Virus record (IMG/VR): IMGVR_UViG_3300030207_002643 | Location: 1-35,232 of that record | Reading direction: 5' to 3' (one strand) | Origin: a virus | Lineage: Duplodnaviria; Caudoviricetes | DNA: 35,232 nt | Part shown: positions 1-7,921 of the stretch, piece after piece | Layout of the letters: every line of letters starts with the position of its first letter | How positions within the stretch are numbered: the stretch's first letter is position 1 | Position numbers and translations under genes: made by a program | The notes under the pieces: generated by a model | The model's database searches: none | Seen by the model: only the letters and a program-made list of their open reading frames with translations | Told to the model about the DNA's origin: nothing

Positions 1-729
1 GCAATCGTAAAGATTGTTGAAGCCCGTATGCGCTCAGTAATGGGTATGCTTCGACGCGAGTTAAACAAGCAGTTGCTACGTGGTAACTCTACTGTTTTGA
101 CCACTGTAAACACTTTAAACGGTAATGTTGCAGGTGGATTTTTGGAAGCAGAAACAAAGGCTCAACAGGCTGCTGCAGGTAACAGCGTTGGTGGTATTTC
201 TAAGCAAACTTATCCAGTTAATGGTTGGATGAACCAGGCTGCTGACATCAATGCTAACTTTGGTACAAACGGTATCCTTGGTATGCAACAAATGGCAATC
301 CAAGCAAACACTGTAACTCACATGGGTGAGATTAACTGTGTGCTTTTGTCTGAAGCAGCAATGGCTAACTATCGTCGTGCTTTGTTCCAACAAGAACGAT
401 ACATCAACGAGAAGACTCTTGATGGTGGACGTATGCAACTTGCTTTTGGTGGTGCTGTTGTTGAGCAAGACCTTGAGCTTGGATTTAACTATACTTCACA
501 GTCATTTTTAACTGGTGGTGGTGCGCCTACAACTGCTCCATTGTCTGGTTACTTTCTGAACTTTGACGGTGTTAAGTTGTGCATGCACAAAGATGCTGAC
601 TTCGCTGTTTCACCTTTTGAACACATTTCTGGAACTACAGCACGGGCTGCCCAATTGTATGTTAAAATGCAATTGATTGCAGACCACCTTGGTTCATGTG
701 GTGTTCTGTTTGACGGCGACACTTACTAA
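1..729 (+). CDS. Major capsid protein, 5'-truncated copy (allele A)
   Basis: Frame is open from base 1 and matches the C-terminal two thirds of the full 342-aa ORF at 33484..34512. It is followed by the decoration gene and a terminator. Confidence 0.85.
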   Translation, partial: AIVKIVEARMRSVMGMLRRELNKQLLRGNSTVLTTVNTLNGNVAGGFLEAETKAQQAAAGNSVGGISKQTYPVNGWMNQAADINANFGTNGILGMQQMAIQANTVTHMGEINCVLLSEAAMANYRRALFQQERYINEKTLDGGRMQLAFGGAVVEQDLELGFNYTSQSFLTGGGAPTTAPLSGYFLNFDGVKLCMHKDADFAVSPFEHISGTTARAAQLYVKMQLIADHLGSCGVLFDGDTY

Positions 730-740
730 GGGGGTTTATC

Positions 741-1217
741 ATGGCTACACAAAACATTATCCAATACTTGGAAACTTCTCAATACAACGCATTACCTTCT
801 GGTGGTACAGTTGCAGTGGGTGTCGAAGCGATGAATCGTCGTCAAATCGAAACCTTTATTGCTTCTGAGGCTATTGCAGAAAAGGAAGCGGTTGCTTTTG
901 ACATTACCAAAACTGCTGACGGTGATAAAATGATTCACGTTGTTAAGGCTGATTCAAATGATGCAGACCGAACTGCATTTGTTGGTATTGCTTTGGCAGC
1001 AGCAGCAGCAGCTGGTGACACTATTGACGTTTGTATTGCTGGCTTATGTCAAGCAAAAACAGATGGTAGTGTAACTAAAGGTTCTGCATTGTCACTGTTT
1101 ACAACAGCAGGTGAGTTGAAAAACTACGCAAACTCTGATGTATTGCCACCTGTTGCATATGCTTGTGCTGATGATTCGGCTGATGTTGCAACAGTAATTG
1201 TAATCAAACAGTTCTAA
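741..1217 (+). CDS. Capsid decoration/cement protein (allele A)
   Basis: 158 aa, Ala/Gly-rich, directly after the capsid gene with an AAGGGGG RBS. The pattern 'ASEAI...GIALAAAAAAGDTIDVCIAG...G..L' resembles phage cement (DUF2190-like) proteins. Confidence 0.7.
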   Translation: MATQNIIQYLETSQYNALPSGGTVAVGVEAMNRRQIETFIASEAIAEKEAVAFDITKTADGDKMIHVVKADSNDADRTAFVGIALAAAAAAGDTIDVCIAGLCQAKTDGSVTKGSALSLFTTAGELKNYANSDVLPPVAYACADDSADVATVIVIKQF

Positions 1218-1238
1218 GTTCAGAACTTTATTAAGCCG

Positions 1239-1269
1239 AAGGGGTGGGTGTTTCGCCCACCCCTTTTTT
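1239..1269 (+). terminator. Intrinsic terminator after the capsid/decoration operon
   Basis: AAGGGGTGGG-tgtttcg-CCCACCCCTT stem running into a T-tract. Confidence 0.85.
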
Positions 1270-1282
1270 CGTATGGTGACCT

Positions 1283-2794
1283 ATGGCAAATTTAAAAGCA
1301 TTGAGACAGAAAGTTAAGAACATTACAGACTACAGTCCAGAACTGGCACAGTTTAACGACCAGTTAGATGAACTGATAAACGACGCATATTATTGTATAT
1401 GGACGATGAAACGTTGGAACTTCAGTACAGAACTTAGCACTATGCGCTTGCACACAGACATAACTACTAGTACAGACACAGAAAATAGCAGCGGTGTTAA
1501 CGTTACGGCGAATGTTACTAAGGGTCAACGACAAGTTGTATTAAGTCATGACATTGACCGATTGCATGACATGGATGTGTGGGAAGGTCAACCTATGGAA
1601 ATAGACAACATGGAATACACTATTTCTAAACTTGTTGACATGAAAACTATATTGTTAGACAAACCATTTGAAGGCACCACCAATGCTACTAACAAAGAGT
1701 GGAAGATAAAAAAACGATGGTATGACCTACCAGAAAACTGTTTAGAACTATTATATTTAGGGCACAGAGATTATCCATACGTCAGTGTAAGTGGCTCACA
1801 AAATCCATATGGTAAATCTACAGCCATTTTACCTAGACGAGAAGAAGACTTAGATTTGCGTGTAGATTATACACAATCTTACGCAGAAGCATACATTACT
1901 AGCCCTACACAACATATTAAACCTGCAGAACAACTAACCATTTCAGAGGTTGCTCCACCTACAGGTGAATTTCAATCTAATAAATACTATGAGTTTGCAT
2001 GGGCGTTTGTTAAAGATGGTAAGATAGGAGCACTGTCTGAACCAGTTATTCATAAAGTTGCTGAAAACAACAAAACATTAAAACTGTCTTTTATAGGATG
2101 GGATGACTTACCAATTCAGGCAGACACCTATAATAATCAAGACCGTGAGCCTACTCAATGGGAAGGCTATCGTAAAGTTGTTTGTTGGAACAAGAACTTT
2201 GACCAGAACACAGGTGAACGAAAAGGTTTGCCATGTTGGCTATTTGTTGTAAATGGTACCAATACCACATCAGGTACTCGAAATGACCCTGATTATTTAC
2301 GACCAGTTGTAGTAACGGACATTAACTCATTTGTTAATATAGTTAAGTTAAACCAACTAGACAATGGTTCGCCACGCTACATTGAAATTGATGGTAATCA
2401 TCAACAAATAAGACCGTATCCACGCCCAGTTGGATATGACTTTGAGGTTCCTCAGAAGAAAGTTGGAGCAGATATAGAAGTGTACCATGACTACGTTCGT
2501 GAAATGGTTATGCGTTTTATGGTAAAACCAAAGGATTTGTTGTTGTCTACTGATGTACCACAAATGCCGTATGAGTTTCATCAGTTGATTGTATACAAAG
2601 CATTAGAAGACATTTACTTAAAGTTGGGTCAACAGGGCTTGGCAGCAACGTATGAAAAGAAATACATGAAAGAAATCAACAACTTAGCAAAGCGGTATGT
2701 TGACAAGATTGACCAACGTATTGTGCGTGGGCGTTTTCATATGGCATATGGAAGACCAACATACGATGGAACTACGCTTAGGAGACTTTCATGA
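1283..2794 (+). CDS. Head-tail adaptor / tail ring protein with internal insertions
   Basis: N-terminal 'LRQKV..ITD...LDELINDAY..I....RWNF' and C-terminal 'DVPQMPYEFHQLIVYKAL' resemble podovirus adaptor/tubular-A proteins. Located after the capsid operon. Confidence 0.6.
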   Translation: MANLKALRQKVKNITDYSPELAQFNDQLDELINDAYYCIWTMKRWNFSTELSTMRLHTDITTSTDTENSSGVNVTANVTKGQRQVVLSHDIDRLHDMDVWEGQPMEIDNMEYTISKLVDMKTILLDKPFEGTTNATNKEWKIKKRWYDLPENCLELLYLGHRDYPYVSVSGSQNPYGKSTAILPRREEDLDLRVDYTQSYAEAYITSPTQHIKPAEQLTISEVAPPTGEFQSNKYYEFAWAFVKDGKIGALSEPVIHKVAENNKTLKLSFIGWDDLPIQADTYNNQDREPTQWEGYRKVVCWNKNFDQNTGERKGLPCWLFVVNGTNTTSGTRNDPDYLRPVVVTDINSFVNIVKLNQLDNGSPRYIEIDGNHQQIRPYPRPVGYDFEVPQKKVGADIEVYHDYVREMVMRFMVKPKDLLLSTDVPQMPYEFHQLIVYKALEDIYLKLGQQGLAATYEKKYMKEINNLAKRYVDKIDQRIVRGRFHMAYGRPTYDGTTLRRLS

Positions 2795-4971
2795 AGCCAC
2801 AAAGGTTCAAACGCTTCGTGCCATGTAGAGGTATAAGTCAAGTACTTATGCCAAACATTGGAGACGCAAACATTGTTAACAACTGTAGATACGTTTCTGA
2901 AGGCGGTTGGAAAGCAGATGTTGGGTTTGAATCATGGTGGCATGCACCTGCATCTTGGACTGTTACCAGTGCCATTGTTACAAAGTACTTTACTGACAAA
3001 GTGGATGCCGTTTATCAATGGAAAAGACAGGGCACCAATGACATATACACCTTTATTGAGCAGTCAGGTCGATTGTACTACGCTATTGGTAACAAAGGAC
3101 AGGGTGCAACGTATTCAGGTGCCTTCTATGAGAATGACTTGGTAACGATTGACAGTGACCGATACATTCCTAAACTTGGCGATGTTGGTAGTCAGTTTGT
3201 AAACTTAGGACAACATTTGTTGATTATCAACGGACGGGACCGTGCAATACTGTTTAGTGGTGACGAAGTATATAGAGACTTTGGTTTTGTATTACAGACT
3301 CCAAGTTGTGACCCGTTAGACGTAGCCACTAAGTATCAAAACAATAAAGTATTAAGTGGTGGTGCTGCTGTTGCTTATAATAAAGTTTCTCAGTATGGTT
3401 TAGGCGATGTAACGGAAAATGTACAGTACACGTACAACTACAAAATGACTATGATTTCTGACTTGGGTGCAGAGTCTCCATTAAGTGCTGCACAAAGTGT
3501 GTCATGGTCGATTCCAAATGCGCAAAACAAACGATACGGTGTTGCGCTTGACTTGCCAATAGGGCAAGAAGGTGTAGTGGCAAGGCGCATTTACCGAACT
3601 AAGGAGATAGCAACTAACGGTGAACTGTACTACTTTGTTTCACAACTCGACGAGAACTCAAGTCGATTTTACATCGATGCTATGCCAGACAGATTTTTAG
3701 TAGACCAGGCTCCATCGTTTACAGCAAGTACACCTATTACTACAGATTGGAAATATGGTGAAGTTTGGGACAATCGACTTTGGTTGGCAGCAGGTAGCCG
3801 TATAATATATTCTAATAAAGGTATTTTTGAGCAGTTTGGAGCGTTGGCATACTTTGATTTGGGCAACCAAACTGGTGGTGATATAACACAGTTAGTAGCA
3901 TTTTATAATAATTTAATTGTATTCCGTGAAAGTGCTATAAATATTATAAGTTTTGATACAGATAGTTATAACATTAGCACTATTACTAACACGCTTGGCA
4001 CAGTAGCCAGCAACGCTGTTGTAGTGATACCTCAGTTAGGTGTTGTCTTTATTAATGAACAAGGCGTGTGGATGCTGTCAGGCGGCTTGAATGGAGGCGC
4101 ATCGATAAGCATGCAAAAGATTAGTCAGCCTATAGACAAACTGTTGCGTAGAGTTAATCGTTCAATGATGCATAAGGCTATAGCAGCATATTCTTACAGA
4201 GAAAAAGAAGTATGGCTGCACCTCCCAACTGACGATTCTACTACACCAGATTTTGGATACGTGTTGCATTTAACACCTCAAGCCCCTATGTGGTCTATTC
4301 GTACAGACTTAGAAAATCCATCTAATAGTTATTGGTCTGCTATGGCCACAACTGTTAATGGCTATTTTTTATTAGGGAACGACCCAAACTGGACACCTGC
4401 ATTAAATGCAGAAACAAATAAGTTTGGTCCACTTCAAGTTATGTCTTCCAGTTCGCATTGGGGACAAGCAGGTCAAATCACTGCATTTGGTGATAACGTA
4501 ACATTAACTATTACTAATACAACGCACAATGGTCACCAATGGGAAAGTGCTTGGTACAACTCAAACGAAAATAGTGTCAAAGTACGATACTTTAGTGTTG
4601 AACTTCGCATCATGTCATATGGAGACAATGGGTTTGACTTCTTTTATGGAATTGACTACTCGTACACAGAGAGCACTACCTCGACTCAAAAGCAGGCAAA
4701 GAGTGAAACGGTGTACACTATTAATGAAGATGCTGTGTTTGGTCCTGCTGACTTGTCTGTAACCAAAGTGCCATTTACAGTTAACTCTAGTAAGATAGCA
4801 GAAGGCAGATTGATTACATTGCGGTATGATGTCAATACACAGTTGTGCGACCAGTTTAAGTTTGGTATACGAACTACTAACTCTCAACAGTGGCATTTGT
4901 TGTCTTTTAACATCTTGTCAGATTCAGTTGCCATGCCAGCACTTAACCAGTCTACACAGGTGTCACGATGA
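2791..4971 (+). CDS. Tail nozzle / stabilisation protein (T7 gp12 / P22 gp10-like beta-propeller)
   Basis: 726 aa, beta-rich with propeller-like segments ('WDNRLWLA', 'GDITQLVAFYNNLIVFRE', 'GVVFINEQGVWML'). ATGA overlap with the adaptor gene. Confidence 0.7.
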   Translation: MKPQRFKRFVPCRGISQVLMPNIGDANIVNNCRYVSEGGWKADVGFESWWHAPASWTVTSAIVTKYFTDKVDAVYQWKRQGTNDIYTFIEQSGRLYYAIGNKGQGATYSGAFYENDLVTIDSDRYIPKLGDVGSQFVNLGQHLLIINGRDRAILFSGDEVYRDFGFVLQTPSCDPLDVATKYQNNKVLSGGAAVAYNKVSQYGLGDVTENVQYTYNYKMTMISDLGAESPLSAAQSVSWSIPNAQNKRYGVALDLPIGQEGVVARRIYRTKEIATNGELYYFVSQLDENSSRFYIDAMPDRFLVDQAPSFTASTPITTDWKYGEVWDNRLWLAAGSRIIYSNKGIFEQFGALAYFDLGNQTGGDITQLVAFYNNLIVFRESAINIISFDTDSYNISTITNTLGTVASNAVVVIPQLGVVFINEQGVWMLSGGLNGGASISMQKISQPIDKLLRRVNRSMMHKAIAAYSYREKEVWLHLPTDDSTTPDFGYVLHLTPQAPMWSIRTDLENPSNSYWSAMATTVNGYFLLGNDPNWTPALNAETNKFGPLQVMSSSSHWGQAGQITAFGDNVTLTITNTTHNGHQWESAWYNSNENSVKVRYFSVELRIMSYGDNGFDFFYGIDYSYTESTTSTQKQAKSETVYTINEDAVFGPADLSVTKVPFTVNSSKIAEGRLITLRYDVNTQLCDQFKFGIRTTNSQQWHLLSFNILSDSVAMPALNQSTQVSR

Positions 4972-5693
4972 AAGTATTTACACAAGTAGGACAAAAAGAC
5001 CTTGACCAAGTAAAACCTGAGAACATCAACGACAATACACGTATGGTCGTAGGTGAGTACAATGGTAAACTAGATGGTCAAAACTTTCCAGTGGCTACTA
5101 TAGACAAACTTAAAATGGCACCACCAACACTAACATCGCAAAGCACTGCTAAACTGTATGGTTTTAAACATATAGGGCAAACACAAGACCATCACTTTGT
5201 TCGCAGATGGAATACGTATGAGGGTAGTGTAAACATACATTACCCATTGGTTTCTTTTGATTTACAAGCAGAAAGTTGGTCAAGTGGTTGGAATGATTTG
5301 GTTGACATTCATGCAGATTATGCAGGATTGATTCTAGAATTTGACGCTAAAAGTGGAAGTTTAAATGGATGTTTTGATATAAATTTTAGACATGGTATTG
5401 ACGTTATTACAAACAGTGGTGGGTCAGATGTGGCGTGGTCAAAAGACTGGTGGTCTAGATGGGGCTTGTTTTGCAATGATATATTGATAGCCGAAACAGG
5501 TCGTGTATATCCTAGGCTTGCAAATTTAAGTGTGCCTTACAAAATTTTTGTCGGCTCACAACCAGTGAGACTGCAACTAAAATGGCAGACTATTACAACC
5601 AATCCCAAAGATGAACTTGGTGTAGATACACATCCTGTTTCAGTAATGGAAATATATGGTGCGTCGATTTGGGCATGTAACACTAAGAGGTAA
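4968..5693 (+). CDS. Putative tail structural protein
   Basis: 241 aa, ATGA-coupled to the nozzle gene, beta-rich. Confidence 0.55.
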   Translation: MKVFTQVGQKDLDQVKPENINDNTRMVVGEYNGKLDGQNFPVATIDKLKMAPPTLTSQSTAKLYGFKHIGQTQDHHFVRRWNTYEGSVNIHYPLVSFDLQAESWSSGWNDLVDIHADYAGLILEFDAKSGSLNGCFDINFRHGIDVITNSGGSDVAWSKDWWSRWGLFCNDILIAETGRVYPRLANLSVPYKIFVGSQPVRLQLKWQTITTNPKDELGVDTHPVSVMEIYGASIWACNTKR

Positions 5694-5695
5694 AG

Positions 5696-6355
5696 ATGGG
5701 AAGAATAACAAATCAATACTTTGAAGAAGGTCAAGCACCCACGGCGCCACAACTTAATGCGGTGTATGATAGTGTTGTTGCTAGTAATGTACAAAATGTA
5801 AATTTAGACACAGAGTGGGCGCAGCGAAAGCATTTTAGTAGTACAAACTCTATTACAAACTTATATACATTTGATTACGATGGCACTGCTAATTGGAACA
5901 CTACAAGCACAGCGTTTACCACTATAGAAAATGTAGCTGGTACACCAAGTAAGGTTTTGCCTAACTACAGTTCACATAGCAATGTTGTAGTAAGAGTCCA
6001 CGCAAGTGGATTGATTGCAGTAACTGCTTTGAATACAAATGACGGGGATGGTAGTTTTGCACAAATAAACCACAACACGTACGCATTTCGTTTACTTATG
6101 TCTTTAAATAGTAGTGCGTCTACTGTAGACATTGCAAACTGTACATATAGTTTTACACCCAAAGGTGGTTATACAACTAGACCTACAGGTACGACACTCA
6201 ACATGAATTTTGTTACCTTTGCATTTAGTGCTTTGTATTCTTTACCTGCCAACAATGTAATAGATTCAATTGAACTACAAGCATGTGTTGGATTGGCAAA
6301 TAATTCAATAAACATTCGGCACAATCACATACAAGTTATTGTAGTGGAGAACTAA
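5696..6355 (+). CDS. Putative tail structural protein
   Basis: 219 aa, GAGG RBS, N-terminal 'FEEGQAPTAPQLN' anchor-like motif. Confidence 0.55.
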   Translation: MGRITNQYFEEGQAPTAPQLNAVYDSVVASNVQNVNLDTEWAQRKHFSSTNSITNLYTFDYDGTANWNTTSTAFTTIENVAGTPSKVLPNYSSHSNVVVRVHASGLIAVTALNTNDGDGSFAQINHNTYAFRLLMSLNSSASTVDIANCTYSFTPKGGYTTRPTGTTLNMNFVTFAFSALYSLPANNVIDSIELQACVGLANNSINIRHNHIQVIVVEN

Positions 6356-7065
6356 TGGCTTTTGTTAAACCTTTTACATATGTAAATGGTGCTGTACTAT
6401 CAGCCACCAACCACGCATCCAATGAAGATGCACTGAGGGAATATGTCAACCAAGAAATCATTGCTGCTGACGTATCTGTGGATACCTTTGTTGGAGAGAG
6501 TATTGCTACCCCTCGTTTTATTACTTCTGTACAAACTGGTGACTTTGTTTCTAAGACTATACAAGGTGTATCAAAAATACGACTACCACAAGAATATGCG
6601 TGGTTCACCTCGACCACTAAGAGCGACAATCAAACAAGTAATAACATTAAAGATTTTCAGTCGTTAAACAACACTGGGGCAGAAGTTGTAATTACAAAGG
6701 ACAATACAAAGGTTATGGTGACCTTCTATGCCAAAGCATTTGGACAACTAAACAGCACAGTAACTCGTGGACCCGGTAATGGAAAATGGGACAATAAGTT
6801 TTTGTTACAGTATGAAAAATCCGGTTTGGTAACACAGTATGAAGGCAGTAGGTCCTATGTGTGGGAAGACTATACAGGTTTAAGTGGTGCGGGCATTGTT
6901 GACCCAGGTGCAGAAGGTACAGCATGTGGACATCGCAGCATAATGATGACACGTATGTTAACATTAGATGCAGGAAGATATAAGTTTTCAGTGGCAGTCA
7001 ATGCCAAAGTTGAGAAGGGCAACATTAACTGTCAGTCTTTTACAATAGAAACATTTCATGTGTAG
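6355..7065 (+). CDS. Putative tail structural protein
   Basis: 236 aa, TAATG overlap, GGAG RBS, N-terminal 'FTYVNGAVLSATNHASN'. Confidence 0.55.
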   Translation: MAFVKPFTYVNGAVLSATNHASNEDALREYVNQEIIAADVSVDTFVGESIATPRFITSVQTGDFVSKTIQGVSKIRLPQEYAWFTSTTKSDNQTSNNIKDFQSLNNTGAEVVITKDNTKVMVTFYAKAFGQLNSTVTRGPGNGKWDNKFLLQYEKSGLVTQYEGSRSYVWEDYTGLSGAGIVDPGAEGTACGHRSIMMTRMLTLDAGRYKFSVAVNAKVEKGNINCQSFTIETFHV

Positions 7066-7072
7066 GTGAACT

Positions 7073-7912
7073 ATGGACCCATTAACTATGTCATTGCTTG
7101 CTGGTGCAGGTACAGCTATTGGAGCATTGCCAGACATTATTCCTAGCAAGTACGAACGAGACCAAAAAAAACGACTTCGTGAAATGCAGCGCAAACAAGA
7201 GATGGGTGCACTTGGCTTGACAGAGCAACAGCGGTCTGCTATCGAAAGTCAAATGCGTGGTGCTCGTCAACAAGCACAACAATACGCTGATGCAGAACGA
7301 GCAAGGCTTACACAGCCAACAGCACAGCCACAAATGGCATTGCTAGGTCAACAAATGCAGGATGAAAGCAGACAGCGTCTAGAAGCGGATTTGGCTTCAC
7401 AGATACTTAATATGGATTTGCAACGTCAAGCAGAACAAGAACAAGAAATTAAAGACCTTGAAGCAGCGCAAGCCCAATATCGCAGAGCAAGAGCAGAAGG
7501 ATTAACAGCTCCTTTTCAAGCAGGTGCTGAAGCGTATGTTGGACAAATGGGGCTAGAGCGAATGATAAGCGGAATGCCGCCAGAGCAACAACAAAAGGCT
7601 TTAGAATTAATGTTTTTGCAACGGCTAGGACAAGGAGCAAACAGTTTTGGTCAAAGTTTGTATCAAGGTGTTCAAAATGCTTTTGCTTCTAACCCTTTTG
7701 CTTCAGACGCTGATGAAATTTCTTTACGTCAAGCAATGTCAATGAAAAAACCAATTAAAATAAAAAGACCGATTGAATCATACAGTTACGATGAAATGCG
7801 TGAAATGGGTATGAGCGATGATGAAATACAATCTCTTTTTGAAGGCGTAGAAATCCCAACATTAGGTGTAAAAGCATCTGATGTAGCAAACTCAACTTTT
7901 GGAATGTATTAG
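7073..7912 (+). CDS. Putative internal virion / DNA ejection protein
   Basis: 'MDPLTMSLLAGAGTAIGAL' hydrophobic N-terminus followed by a Q/E/R-rich coiled coil, typical of the first ejection protein in podoviruses. Confidence 0.6.
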   Translation: MDPLTMSLLAGAGTAIGALPDIIPSKYERDQKKRLREMQRKQEMGALGLTEQQRSAIESQMRGARQQAQQYADAERARLTQPTAQPQMALLGQQMQDESRQRLEADLASQILNMDLQRQAEQEQEIKDLEAAQAQYRRARAEGLTAPFQAGAEAYVGQMGLERMISGMPPEQQQKALELMFLQRLGQGANSFGQSLYQGVQNAFASNPFASDADEISLRQAMSMKKPIKIKRPIESYSYDEMREMGMSDDEIQSLFEGVEIPTLGVKASDVANSTFGMY

Positions 7913-7921
7913 GAGATTGAC

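Larger units (their letters stand above)
1..1449 (+). repeat. Left copy of an imperfect terminal direct repeat (partner 33802..35232)
   Basis: GCAATCGTAAAGATTGTTGAAGCCC at 1 and 33802; CACTATGCGCTT ends at 1449 and 35232. The offset changes from 33801 to 33783 because of 18 nt of in-frame indels in the capsid gene. Confidence 0.97.

Noticed and set aside
711-741. T7-style -1 frameshift fusing capsid to decoration protein
   Set aside because: The decoration frame is open only back to a TGA at 711-713, and there is no slippery heptamer between 714 and the capsid stop.
741-1217. Diversity-generating retroelement (template/variable repeat) explaining the two alleles
   Set aside because: No reverse transcriptase is present, and the differences are not adenine-specific and include in-frame indels.
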